From assembly GCA_963814575.1 (NCBI GenBank), contig CAWFDB010000001.1:7194-71193 (forward strand): a DNA stretch of 64,000 nt. Reading direction: 5' to 3'. The notes under the pieces were generated by a model that had not been told where the DNA came from, searched no databases, and worked only from the letters and a program-made list of their open reading frames with translations. A program made the position numbers and the translations under genes. The DNA is from an uncultured Bacteroidota bacterium. GTDB taxonomy: Bacteria; Bacteroidota; Bacteroidia; Cytophagales; Cyclobacteriaceae. Within the stretch, counting starts at the first letter, position 1, and each line of letters opens with the position of its first letter. Shown here one piece after another: positions 9,106-19,153 of this stretch.

Positions 9106-9564
9106 AAAACAACCTTGTTCCGGCCCATCCTGCTCATAGATGAAGCCCAGGAGATGCTGAGCGGATGTTTAAACGAACTGCGTTTGTTAAACAGCGTTGA
9201 CTTTGACTCCCAAAATCTGTTGACCACCGTGATTTGCGGCGACGACCGACTTCCTGAGCGGTTTAGAGCAAGAACCCTGGTATCGCTGGGAAGTCGGATG
9301 CAGTTCCGGCTGAAACTGGACCCTTATACCCGTGATGATCTCCTGGATTATATGGGGCACTGCTTGAACCAGGCCGGTGCGCCGCACTTAATGACGAAAA
9401 CCCTTATCAAAACTCTTGTAGACCATTGCGCCGGCAATTTGCGGGTCCTGAACAACATGGCTGCAGAACTGCTGGCCTCTGGGATTGAAAAAGAACTCAG
9501 CCAACTGGATGAAAAACTTTTCATAGAAGTCTTTTCCAGGCAACCACCCAACAAGAAATCATAG
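8737..9564 (+). CDS. ExeA/AAA_22-type transposition ATPase
   Basis: Walker A GEPGLGKS, Walker B LLIDEAQ. Confidence 0.88.
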   Translation: MNDKQLLANYGLKWNPFLPSIPVEALWHPPQMNSFIFRLENMTMNGGFALISGEPGLGKSKTLQIIAHKFSKLDEVIVGVMERPQSSVSDFYREMGVLFGVNLSPANRYGGFKDLRERWKNHVKTTLFRPILLIDEAQEMLSGCLNELRLLNSVDFDSQNLLTTVICGDDRLPERFRARTLVSLGSRMQFRLKLDPYTRDDLLDYMGHCLNQAGAPHLMTKTLIKTLVDHCAGNLRVLNNMAAELLASGIEKELSQLDEKLFIEVFSRQPPNKKS

Positions 9565-9573
9565 GAGAACAAT

Positions 9574-9756
9574 ATGAGTATTTATGATGATCCGGACATT
9601 ACATTGGAGGAAATCACTATGGAATTAGAATATCTTATCCGGGACATGATCCTCACCGGACTTAAAAGCGTGAGTATGGAGTATCGGGCCTTCAGGCAGT
9701 TCCAAAAAGAAAAGCAGTCAGAAGATAGTCCTATAGACTGCGACAATTGGTTATAA
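9574..9756 (+). CDS. Small acidic hypothetical protein
   Basis: AGGAGA RBS; operonic position. Confidence 0.55.
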   Translation: MSIYDDPDITLEEITMELEYLIRDMILTGLKSVSMEYRAFRQFQKEKQSEDSPIDCDNWL

Positions 9757-9795
9757 ACAACATACGCCCGGACCTCAAAGTCCGGGCCCATCTCA

Positions 9796-10584
9796 ATGGA
9801 AAGGATTTTATGGAAAATCGGCAATTACTTTAAAAGCCGCTTCAGCCTGGCGGTCCTTGATGAAACAACCGGCAGGTGGCCTGTCTCATCTTCCCCTAAA
9901 AACATCCCCTATCTTAAAGCTGAAAATGCCGGCGGCAGACACATCCTGCTCAAACCCGATCCTGTCATCCAGCCTTACTATTTTCTCGCAGACGATTTGG
10001 ATATTGACCTGCTCATCCGACATCATCAATCCGGCCCCGATTTTTTTAAACCCGGAAGGATGGTTATAGAAACCTCCCCCGGTAATTATCAGGTCTGGAT
10101 TCATAGTGCCCGCCCGTTGAACTTTGCTGAAAAACGGTATTGGCTAGAAAAACTGCACAGTGATCCCGGGGCAGACCCCAAAAACCGATGGGGCAGATGC
10201 CCCGGGTTCAGAAACAGAAAAGCAAAACACAGAATGGCTTCAGGACAATACCCACTGGCGAAACTCATATGGGTTGACTGGAATCGTCAAGCGGACATCC
10301 CGAAAATTGAGTTGTCTTCCCACACAAAAAAAACTTTTTCCCATCAACCCCGGGGGGGAGTGTGTCATAACGACAATCTTACCCGATCCCTTTATAATAA
10401 AGGTAATGAATCTGCCACTGATTTTGCATATGCTTTGGCCCTTTATCGGAGAGGATTTACCAGAATTGAAATCTACAATCGTATTATCGAGGAAAGGCAG
10501 GATTGGAGTAACCATGCCGGCTCTCGGAAAAGAACACAATATCTGAACAGGACGTTGCTTAAAGCTGAGGCAATTATCGGCTAA
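9796..10584 (+). CDS. RepB'-family (AEP) DNA primase
   Basis: LADD, IETSPGNYQVW, DPGA, R.PGF.NRK and C-terminal S.TDFA helical domain. Confidence 0.8.
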   Translation: MERILWKIGNYFKSRFSLAVLDETTGRWPVSSSPKNIPYLKAENAGGRHILLKPDPVIQPYYFLADDLDIDLLIRHHQSGPDFFKPGRMVIETSPGNYQVWIHSARPLNFAEKRYWLEKLHSDPGADPKNRWGRCPGFRNRKAKHRMASGQYPLAKLIWVDWNRQADIPKIELSSHTKKTFSHQPRGGVCHNDNLTRSLYNKGNESATDFAYALALYRRGFTRIEIYNRIIEERQDWSNHAGSRKRTQYLNRTLLKAEAIIG

Positions 10585-10733
10585 AATATGAGGCTTTCTA
10601 ATTTTATATGGCACCTTGATTTACCGTTAAAACTTGTTCATGGATTATCGTGATCGCTCGCTCTCACAAAGTAAAAAGCAAAACAATGCTACGCATGCGG
10701 GCAATGCTTGTAATTACTTTGCATAAAATAATC

Positions 10734-11741
10734 TCATTCCAATTTGCATAGTCCCTGAAGCCAAGAAATCAAATCCTTATCATTTTGCCACTGAGGAAGA
10801 TTTGGAAGCACAGTATCTGCATTCGCCTTTTCGAGAGCTCTACGTTTCATTTCAGGATTAGTACGAGCGTATATTTCAGTTGTATTAACATGGGCATGCC
10901 CCAAAAGATCGCGAATATAAACGAGATTCACATCGGCTTGCAACAGGTGCATTGCTTTTGTATGGCGAAGTACATGAGGTGTGATGTTTAAGGAAATTCC
11001 CGTTCGATCGACATATTTGTTTAAGATATATGAAACACCTGCTCTGGTAAGTTTTTTCTGCTGGCGGTTGAAGAAAACTGGATGGGATATAAAATTTTGT
11101 CGTAGTAAATTTTGCTCTTGAAGATATTGTTTTAAAAGATTAACTGTTTTCTTCATAATCGGCACATGACGTACTTTTCTTCCTTTTCCTATCAGCCGTA
11201 TAATCGCTGGTTCCTCTAATCGAATATCTCTGACTATGAGATCAATAATCTCTTGTACCCTTGCTCCAGTATCATAAAGGACACTCAGCAATACTAAATC
11301 ACGCCGACCATTAAGAGTCTCCTTATCCGGTCGAGCAAGAATTGCCTTTAAAGTATCAACAGCCAGATAGCTCACCACAGTCTTTTCAGTGCGTTTAAAT
11401 GGCATTGCTAAAACTCGTTGGCATAAAAGCAAATGTTCTGGCATTTCACCTTGTATATATCTGAATAATGCATGAATTGCGGCAAGACGTTGGTTACGTG
11501 TTGAGATACTGTTACCTCGCTCAAGTTCAAGCCATAAAAGAAAATTATCAATTGAGTCACGGTCAAAACTATTAATAGTAAGTCGTTCAGGCGAGATGCT
11601 GTATTTCATTTTCATATAACTAAGCAATAATTTGTATGTATCGCGATAAGATTTAATAGTGTTGGTACTTAAATTTTTTTGACCAGGAAGGTAAATAGCC
11701 AGATAGTTGGAAAGACAGTATCCAAAATCAGTTGGTTTCAT
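10734..11741 (-). CDS. RIT tyrosine recombinase C
   Basis: TGARVQE, HVLRH, LGH, Y; NQRLAAI motif. Confidence 0.9.
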   Translation of the reverse strand: MKPTDFGYCLSNYLAIYLPGQKNLSTNTIKSYRDTYKLLLSYMKMKYSISPERLTINSFDRDSIDNFLLWLELERGNSISTRNQRLAAIHALFRYIQGEMPEHLLLCQRVLAMPFKRTEKTVVSYLAVDTLKAILARPDKETLNGRRDLVLLSVLYDTGARVQEIIDLIVRDIRLEEPAIIRLIGKGRKVRHVPIMKKTVNLLKQYLQEQNLLRQNFISHPVFFNRQQKKLTRAGVSYILNKYVDRTGISLNITPHVLRHTKAMHLLQADVNLVYIRDLLGHAHVNTTEIYARTNPEMKRRALEKANADTVLPNLPQWQNDKDLISWLQGLCKLE

Positions 11742-12717
11742 ACGTCCCTCCCGGTATTAGCTCTCCAAATTTAACTTCAACCGCTTCGGTAATGTCGGGA
11801 TACATTTCTGTCGTCAGGCGCAAGTATCTGCTTGTCCCTTCAAAAGTTTTATGTCCAAGATAGGCTGACAACACAGGTAGAGCAGATGAAAGATTATATC
11901 CGCTTTTGACCCAGCGTTTAAGACAATGGACAGCTTGTGTGTGCCTCAAGTCGTGCGGCCTTGGTCCATAAGCTCTACCAGCATAAGAGATCCCACATTT
12001 CCATAAAAGCTGACGGAATGCTGTATAGACACTCTGACGTGCAAAATACTCACCATCACGAGTCTGAAAGAAAAAATTATCAGGTTTTGAAATACGGTGA
12101 AGCCTATCGGCATAAGCTCGACAACGTTCAATAAGGGAAATATCCATCGGTACAAGACGGTCTTTTCCGAATTTTGTATCTAAAACAGTTAAAACTCCAT
12201 TATCCAAATTAACATCACAAATCCTCAAGTGTATTGCTTCAGACACACGGAGGCCGCATCCATACAGCATACGCAATATTAAGGGGATAATTAAATGCCG
12301 GTATGGAGAATGAAGATCGAGTTTTAGATTGTCGGCTTTTGAAAAAAGTGCATTCAGTTCTTTCATGGTAAATATATGAGGTGTATGATTGGAGCGTTTT
12401 TTTGAATATGAATTTACTGGAATGATGTACGCTTCTTGCCCATTTCTAATCATGAAAATCCCAAGTTGCCTTACAATTGTTAATCGTGAAGCATTTGTTT
12501 TAGGGCTTTCATTAGGGCGTTTCTTTGCCCATGCAAGTGCAAGATCCTTTGTCAATACATCATTACAGTCATATTTTTGGCTAACTCGATCAAAGCGTTT
12601 AAGTAAGTATTCCTCAGTTTTATAGGAATAACCTAAATTCCTTTTTTCAGCCACAAACTGAGTGCAAAAAATTCCAACTCCACCTGAGAATGTAATTGAT
12701 TTTTTAATATTCCTCAT
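11728..12717 (-). CDS. RIT tyrosine recombinase B
   Basis: CGLRVSE, HDLRH, LSAYLGH, YLRL. Confidence 0.9.
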   Translation of the reverse strand: MRNIKKSITFSGGVGIFCTQFVAEKRNLGYSYKTEEYLLKRFDRVSQKYDCNDVLTKDLALAWAKKRPNESPKTNASRLTIVRQLGIFMIRNGQEAYIIPVNSYSKKRSNHTPHIFTMKELNALFSKADNLKLDLHSPYRHLIIPLILRMLYGCGLRVSEAIHLRICDVNLDNGVLTVLDTKFGKDRLVPMDISLIERCRAYADRLHRISKPDNFFFQTRDGEYFARQSVYTAFRQLLWKCGISYAGRAYGPRPHDLRHTQAVHCLKRWVKSGYNLSSALPVLSAYLGHKTFEGTSRYLRLTTEMYPDITEAVEVKFGELIPGGTYETN

Positions 12718-13180
12718 GCTGGACCTCCACATTAAGAGCACACTGCTTTACCATAGAAACATCCACGCGCATGTAATTAGCAGTAGTATTAACATCACTG
12801 TGTCCCAGGATCTCCGCAATTGTTGGCAATGATACATGCTGCTGTAAAAGTTCGGAGGCTAAGGTATGTCGCAAAGAGTGCATACCGTGGCACTTCCCGG
12901 CAGGAATTTTAATTTTTGCTGCTATCAAATATTTGTTAATGTGGTAATGGAGATTACTGTTAGAACTAAAAGCGGAGAAAGGGGCAATATGTTTAATAAA
13001 TATATTTTGACTATCACTTATGGGTCTTCCATGTTTTAGATAATCAATAATCGCCCAACCTACATCTTCAAGTAACGGAAGGCTAATAGTATCACCAGTT
13101 TTTAGTTGTTTGAATTCTACACATCCTAAATCCCATTTTAGGTTGAAGAATTGTAAACTTCTGACATCGCTGATTCTTAA
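12704..13180 (-). pseudogene. RIT tyrosine recombinase A, 5'-truncated by IS1634
   Basis: In-frame LRISDV...HSLRH...LGH...Y; N-terminal half absent. Confidence 0.85.
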
Positions 13181-15319
13181 CCCAAGTTCGTCAAAATAAA
13201 TTAGAGATACCCGTCGGTATGGAGTCGGTCACTATTTATGGTCACTACTCATTTTGCATTGTATAGCTTTTTTGGCAGGGGCTCCTCATTGAGACCCAGC
13301 ATCCTATAAATATTTTTATGATCCGGTTCGGGGAGACTACAGACTCGCATATGCTGTCTTACAATTTTATTTTGCTTTTTCATATTGTACTCAATGGTAA
13401 GCCGTTGATGGGTTGATAACGATTGCCTTATGGAAGCCCAGGAACGCTTTTCCCCATGTTGGCGGAGTTTATATTCAATTGTATGAAGAATATGATACGC
13501 AAGTACGCAGATAAAGATATGCGCATCGGCACTTGTTTCATTCTGGTGAAAGATGGGTCTTAAACCCAGGTGTGATTTCATGGATCGGAAGGCACTTTCG
13601 ATCCTGGTCAGCATGATATAGGTCTCCCATATCTCCTTATCAGAAAGATCAAGACGATCTGTCTTTAAAACATAGCATCCGTCAAATTTATTGATATCCT
13701 TATACTGATCACGCTTTTCCCATAATATTGTTTTTGTCTTGATATTCTTTGGTGACCCTGTTTCTGGAACCACTTCGATATCGTATAGTTTTGAGGCTTT
13801 CGGGTACTTTTCCCGTAACCGTCCGATTATTTCAATAACTTTGGGATAGGATTTAGTTCTCCCTTTTTTGCTTAATCCATCAAGAAAATAGTTCAGGCGT
13901 TCTATAAAAATGATTTCCTGACGATTGCGGATACCAAAATCTTTTTCCTCTCGAGCCGTGCTGTGACATAACAGCAATGCTTCACCATCCTTTTCCCGGC
14001 GTTTTACTTCGAGAGTGTAGGTGTCTGTTTTTTTGATGGCTTCCATCTGGTCTGTATCTTCAGTAGAAAAATCTTTTTTGCCCTTGTTTACAACAATATA
14101 ATGAAAGTTTTTTTCTTTGAGGTATTCGATATTTGCAGCATTGGCAATGCCGGCATCCATGATAACCGTTCGGTTTGAAGCAAGCATTGGGTTTGTTTTG
14201 ACCAAAGACTCAATGATCTCTTTCAGGGTTTTAGACTCCCCTTGATTGCCGGGGTACAGTTTGCTGTATTTAGGGAAGCCTTGCTCATCAATAACCAGTG
14301 CCAGGGTTAGAAGCTTACAGTCAGAACGTTTTTCCTTGCTTCGACCCCTTTTTGCCTTGGGGTTCTCTGTCATCCGGCCTTCAAAATAGGTATTGGTTAA
14401 ATCAAAAAAACACATCCGTTCTGTGAGAGAAAACAGTTCTTTTTCCCGTGTTGCAAGGTGTGTTTCCAGGCTGTTTTTACAATCAAACAGGGTGGTTCCT
14501 GCCCGATACAAAGAGCTGAGTGAATATTTGACTGGTTTTCCTGTCAGCTCAAAAATTGCTGACTGGTTTTCAATCCATTTATGGGTATGGCGTTCACTGC
14601 CCGGAGAGGTAAGGCGGCCAATTACCAGAGCTTCCATTAGGGGCAGTACATGTTTTGAAACACCTGATAAAAGCAGCACATCATCAAACTTAAGCTCATT
14701 CCAGATTGAATGGCAGGCATACTCAGGGCCTAATGATCTTAATTCACTTGCCTGTAATGACTGAATGTCTACATTTTCATAGATCGGTTCTGCTTGTTGG
14801 GGCTTTGCCGTATCTTCTGTTTTCTTTTTGGCTTCATCAGCCTGTTTTGACCTGATCTCGTTGGATGCTTTTGCGGCTAAAGTCTCTATTGCGGGATCAC
14901 TACTGAATAATTCTTTCTGGCCTGTTAGCATTGACTCTATGCAGTTAGCCAGCTCTTTATACTGCTCAGCAGGGATATCCAATGACCCGAGATTAAGGAT
15001 GAGGCGCTGTCGTGGCCCTTTTTGTGTTCGTATGTTCTCCACCAGGTGGAGGTATTCATAAACCGTGGTGGAGTTTTTATTCGATTTTTTAACTTTTTTA
15101 ATATACATGGGGCGCATAATATCGGAGTAAATTGCAAAAGTCAACAATAAAATTAATCTATGGGTCACTACATTGACGAGCAAAAAAATAAATATAACAA
15201 ATACAGTATGTTATATTTTCAACCTCATGGTTTTTTGATAAAATTAACCTTGATTTTTAAAAAAATTGATCACAAAAAATCATGGAAAAATTGAAGAAAA
15301 TTTGCAAGATATGCAAGGT
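13181..15319 (-). mobile_element. IS1634-family element (ends approximate, TTAA-flanked)
   Basis: TTAA at 13177-13180 and 15320-15323; transposase inside. Confidence 0.65.
13249..15108 (-). CDS. IS1634-family DDE transposase
   Basis: FDLTNTYFEG, GRSKEKRSD, VIMDAG, IESAFRSMK..LGLRP. Confidence 0.9.
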   Translation of the reverse strand: MYIKKVKKSNKNSTTVYEYLHLVENIRTQKGPRQRLILNLGSLDIPAEQYKELANCIESMLTGQKELFSSDPAIETLAAKASNEIRSKQADEAKKKTEDTAKPQQAEPIYENVDIQSLQASELRSLGPEYACHSIWNELKFDDVLLLSGVSKHVLPLMEALVIGRLTSPGSERHTHKWIENQSAIFELTGKPVKYSLSSLYRAGTTLFDCKNSLETHLATREKELFSLTERMCFFDLTNTYFEGRMTENPKAKRGRSKEKRSDCKLLTLALVIDEQGFPKYSKLYPGNQGESKTLKEIIESLVKTNPMLASNRTVIMDAGIANAANIEYLKEKNFHYIVVNKGKKDFSTEDTDQMEAIKKTDTYTLEVKRREKDGEALLLCHSTAREEKDFGIRNRQEIIFIERLNYFLDGLSKKGRTKSYPKVIEIIGRLREKYPKASKLYDIEVVPETGSPKNIKTKTILWEKRDQYKDINKFDGCYVLKTDRLDLSDKEIWETYIMLTRIESAFRSMKSHLGLRPIFHQNETSADAHIFICVLAYHILHTIEYKLRQHGEKRSWASIRQSLSTHQRLTIEYNMKKQNKIVRQHMRVCSLPEPDHKNIYRMLGLNEEPLPKKLYNAK

Positions 15320-15400
15320 TTAAGGCAGAAGTTCCCCCTTTTATCTTGCAAATAATCAAGGAACTCCTGCCCAGCCCCCAACAAAAACAGGGCAGGAGAT

Positions 15401-15988
15401 ATGCTATCAAAAGTTCTAAAAAATGAAAGCCTTTTTTGGGATCTTTACAAAATAGATCTGGCAACAGCCGAACTGTATAGGCAAAAGAAGTGCCCTCATT
15501 GCCAGGGACCGCTGTATTATGCCAATTATTTTCGCAAACCCAGAGGTGAACCTGATGGGGTACCTGAAAAATATTTTTTGCAATTTAGTTTGTGCTGCGG
15601 CAAAGAAGGCTGCCGACGTCGGTTGATTCCGCCAACCTGCCGTTTCCTGGATAGGAAAGTCTACTGGTATGCGGCTATCCTGACAATTGTGTCGGACTGG
15701 CAGAACAAAATCCAAAATATGACTATCTCTAAGCTTGCCGGGAAGATGGGGATATCCCGTAATACCCTCAAAAGATGGATACATTTTTTTAAAAACACTT
15801 TTCCTGTAAGCGTTCAATGGAAAAAAATCCGGGGATGTGTGTCAGCAATTGTAAAAAATGACCGCCTTCCCGGCAGTCTGATCAATTCCTATCTGAAGCA
15901 ACAATTAAACATCAAAAAAGCGTTGATATCCTGTCTGAAATTTTTATCCCAAGGCATTGAAATTTCACAAAAAATCAGGCCTGGGTAA
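15401..15988 (+). CDS. Zn-finger/HTH transposon helper protein
   Basis: CPHC...FSLCC..C, then HTH (GISRNTLKRW). Confidence 0.7.
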   Translation: MLSKVLKNESLFWDLYKIDLATAELYRQKKCPHCQGPLYYANYFRKPRGEPDGVPEKYFLQFSLCCGKEGCRRRLIPPTCRFLDRKVYWYAAILTIVSDWQNKIQNMTISKLAGKMGISRNTLKRWIHFFKNTFPVSVQWKKIRGCVSAIVKNDRLPGSLINSYLKQQLNIKKALISCLKFLSQGIEISQKIRPG

Positions 15989-16102
15989 TTTCACGCAGAA
16001 GATGGGCATGGCTTTGGCAACTCAGCTGTTCTATCAAATGTACCGGGATTTTTATCAGCATTTTGCTGAAAATTTTAACTCAAAATTGAAAGGACCCGGC
16101 CT

Positions 16103-17548
16103 ATGAACAGTAAAACCCAAAGCCCGATTGATAAATGGGCTTTATTTCGCTTTTCAGTCGTTGGCGGTTTGCTTGCAAATCCGCCAGCCAAGGGAGAGCT
16201 GCGCAAGGAATTGGAGAGACTGTCCCATCAGATTTACACTCATCCCATTACGGATGAATCAACGGTTTTTCATTTTTCAACCATTGAAAGCTGGTATTAC
16301 AAAGCCAAAAACGCCCAGGACCCAATTATTGCTTTGGGGCGAAAAGTCCGTTCAGACTACGGCGGTTCAATCGTGTTTACGTCTGAACTTATCCGGATAC
16401 TGGGTCGACAATACAGAACCTATCCCGGCTGGAGTTATAAACTTCACACAGATAATCTTGCTGCAGAGATCCAGGAAAAGGATGATCCTGTAAAGATCCC
16501 TTCCTATGCAAGTGTCAGACGGCGGATGGTTGAAAGAGGGTGGACCAAAAAGACATCGCCAAAGAAAAACCAGACGGCTGGTATGAAAGCTGCTACACAG
16601 CGGTTCGAAAGCCATGAAATTCGTGGATATGAATCAGAATATATCCACGGCCTCTGGCATCTGGATTTTCATGTATGCAGTCTGCGGGTGGTGGATGCCG
16701 ACGGCCATTGGCACACGCCTAAAGCGTTGTGTATTCTGGATGACCATTCACGTCTGTGCTGCCACATTCAATGGTATTTAGGTGAAACAACCCAGGATTT
16801 GATTCATGGCTTGACCCAGGCCTTTTTTAAAAGGGGGCTTCCCAGGGCACTGATGACGGACAACGGTGCTGCCATGACTGCCCATGAGTTTTGCAACGGG
16901 CTTAAAAAATCAGGCATACTTCATGAGACGACGCTGCCTTATAGCCCGTATCAAAATGGTAAGCAGGAAGCCTTTTGGGGTACCCTTGAAGGTCGCTTGA
17001 TGGCCATGCTGACCCGGATAGATCCTTTAACTTTGGAATATCTCAATCACAGCAGTCAGGCCTGGATCGAGATGGAATATAACAAAACCAGGCATAGTGA
17101 TATCGGCACGTCTCCTGTTCAACGCATGATTGAAAGCAAAGATGTTTCCCGGCCGGCACCGGGTGAAGAACAACTGCGGTTCGCCTTTACGGTCTGCGAA
17201 TCCAGAAAACAGCGAAAATCTGACGGTACTGTGTCCATCAATGGAATAAGGTTTGAGATTCCTTCCCGATTCCACCATATCCCGCAATTGTATGTCTGTT
17301 TTACCAATTGGGATAAATCCATAGCCTGGCTCATGGACCAAAGAACAGGCAAAAAAATTGCATCCATCTACCCCCAGGACAAAATCAAAAATGCTTCAGG
17401 AAAACGAAAGCTTAAATCCAGACCTGAACATACCGTCCTGCCGGATGAAACATTGAAAGAATCAGAGCCCGCATTATTAAGAAAACTGATGGCCGAGTAT
17501 GCCCAAAGCGGCATGCCGCCGGCCTACCTTCCCAAAGGAGAATCATGA
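16103..17548 (+). CDS. DDE (rve, IS481-like) transposase with Mu C-terminal domain
   Basis: WHLD, LDDHSR, TDNG, NGKQE; overlaps ATPase start (ATGA). Confidence 0.9.
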   Translation: MNSKTQSPIDKWALFRFSVVGGLLANPPAKGELRKELERLSHQIYTHPITDESTVFHFSTIESWYYKAKNAQDPIIALGRKVRSDYGGSIVFTSELIRILGRQYRTYPGWSYKLHTDNLAAEIQEKDDPVKIPSYASVRRRMVERGWTKKTSPKKNQTAGMKAATQRFESHEIRGYESEYIHGLWHLDFHVCSLRVVDADGHWHTPKALCILDDHSRLCCHIQWYLGETTQDLIHGLTQAFFKRGLPRALMTDNGAAMTAHEFCNGLKKSGILHETTLPYSPYQNGKQEAFWGTLEGRLMAMLTRIDPLTLEYLNHSSQAWIEMEYNKTRHSDIGTSPVQRMIESKDVSRPAPGEEQLRFAFTVCESRKQRKSDGTVSINGIRFEIPSRFHHIPQLYVCFTNWDKSIAWLMDQRTGKKIASIYPQDKIKNASGKRKLKSRPEHTVLPDETLKESEPALLRKLMAEYAQSGMPPAYLPKGES

Positions 17549-17913
17549 ACGACAAACAACTTCTGGCTAATTACGGCCTTAAATGGAACCCCTTTTTGCC
17601 CAGTATCCCTGTTGAAGCATTGTGGCATCCTCCCCAGATGAACAGTTTTATTTTTCGTCTTGAGAACATGACCATGAACGGGGGCTTTGCCCTGATCAGT
17701 GGAGAACCCGGTCTTGGTAAATCCAAGACACTGCAGATCATTGCCCATAAGTTCAGTAAACTGGACGAGGTGATTGTAGGAGTGATGGAACGTCCTCAAA
17801 GCAGTGTCAGTGACTTTTACCGGGAAATGGGAGTTTTATTCGGTGTCAATTTAAGCCCTGCCAACCGGTACGGCGGGTTCAAGGATCTTCGGGAGCGCTG
17901 GAAAAATCATGTA
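17436..17913 (+). repeat. 478-bp direct repeat, copy 2 (transposase 3' end plus truncated ATPase 5' end)
   Basis: Identical to 8628-9105. Confidence 0.95.
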
Positions 17914-17920
17914 TGTTCCT

Positions 17921-18211
17921 CTTTTGCTGCTTTCGACAACTTGGCTCTTTATGACTATTTGTGCTTGGATTACCATAAAGAGAAGAAACATTATTGCACA
18001 CCGACTATTTATGATTCGTAGTTATGGACTTGGATTGGTTTTCGTTTTTCTTCGACTCATTGGAGACATACCGCAAGACAAATTATTTTACTTCATAGAC
18101 TCACCAGAAATTAGAGACTCAACATTAGAATGGGTAAGTTGGGTAATTCCTCTTTTGACAATTGAGCTAATATTTTCATGGATACCATCCATTAACAAGA
18201 AATATAATTAA
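17921..18211 (+). pseudogene. Cassette C8: DUF2306-like protein, 3' part
   Basis: AW..I....HR.FMIRSY...FVFLR...W.SW.IP. Confidence 0.8.
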
Positions 18212-18319
18212 ATAATTTAAAGGAGTTAGGTTTCTTGACCAGTGACAAAGACTAAGACTTAAGGTTGACGACTCGCAATTTCAAGACTCGTTGACCACTA
18301 GCGGGAGAAACCCAACTGG

Positions 18320-18450
18320 CCACAACAAAATGCTTCTGCAATAGCGCATTAACGTGTAAGCTATAAGTTTTATCTTCGTTCAACGTTTTGGTTTCGTGGG
18401 ACAGGACGCGGCTTCGGAATGGCACCACTGTGCAAACACAAACGTTGCCG
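18320..18450 (+). repeat. attC-like repeat R9 (left arm diverged)
   Basis: GGCCACAAC...GTTGCCGCC. Confidence 0.85.
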
Positions 18451-18686
18451 CCAATGCGCTCCGACAAAAACGAGTGGACTAAAAAATAACGGTGGACTTG
18501 AATACAAAAAAATACAGGACGGCTTCGTACAACTTTTTCAACCAGCCGACACAAGTTCGGCTCGACTGACAACCGGGACTGAAAAGAAAAGAAAAACGGC
18601 TTGGTGGACATCCCATCTTCATTTTGCATATTAGTTAGACTCAGGCCAAGGCGAACTCAATCCCAAAAAATCCGTATATTTAATTT

Positions 18687-18800
18687 ATGATTGAGAGATT
18701 ATTTAGAGGTTTTAAAGCTGGACTTAAAGGCGAACTATTACTCTGGACCATTTTAGTGGTTCTTTCTGGAATCATCTACATAATAACGAGCCTTCTTTAA
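18687..18800 (+). CDS. Cassette C9: 37-aa single-TM small protein
   Basis: MIERLFRGFKAGLKGELLLWTILVVLSGIIYIITSLL, translated by hand. Confidence 0.45.
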   Translation: MIERLFRGFKAGLKGELLLWTILVVLSGIIYIITSLL

Positions 18801-18965
18801 TTTTCCATCGTGGACAATTTCGCTCCACTCGGATTAATCTGTGCATGCCAGCCATCAAATTGTCGACTTCAAATCAACGTTGGGTTTAGTTGGGCCTGTT
18901 CGCATCAATACAATCACGGTGGACTTGAAACAAGTCCAAATTAAATAACGGTGGACGCGCACAGG

Positions 18966-19095
18966 CGGCAACAATAGGTTTGTGTCAGGCGGTGGTTCGG
19001 TGTCCTCATTAAGTTTTATTATTTTTATTCCCAGCGGTCACGGGGACACGTTACATTTATTTAAGCCCCGCCAGCCACAAACCTCAACGTTGGGC
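18966..19095 (+). repeat. Divergent attC-like repeat R10
   Basis: CGGCAAC-aat-AGGTTTGTG..GGCGG / CCGCC..CACAAACCT-caac-GTTGGGC. Confidence 0.8.
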
Positions 19096-19153
19096 GCAAT
19101 GGCCGCGCAACTTTGTGACAACTTAGGTGTCTTTGGACTAAATCTTAGGAGTT

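Larger units (their letters stand above)
8632..17913. mobile_element. 9,282-bp foreign insert flanked by TGTTCCT duplication
   Basis: Removing it and one TGTTCCT restores a 215-aa ORF. Confidence 0.8.

Noticed and set aside
10734-13180. Tyrosine recombinases as the array's integrase
   Set aside because: They form an overlapping RIT trio inside the foreign insert, mid-cassette, with no IntI-like features.
16103-17548. CRISPR-associated or Tn7-like transposon
   Set aside because: No TniQ, TnsA or Cas genes.
8628-17913. 478-bp repeats as LTRs, prophage att sites or composite-transposon arms
   Set aside because: They are internal coding sequence spanning the transposase/ATPase junction, and there are no phage or RT genes.
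17545-18021. 158-aa ATPase variant
   Set aside because: Truncated duplicate reading out of frame into the host gene.
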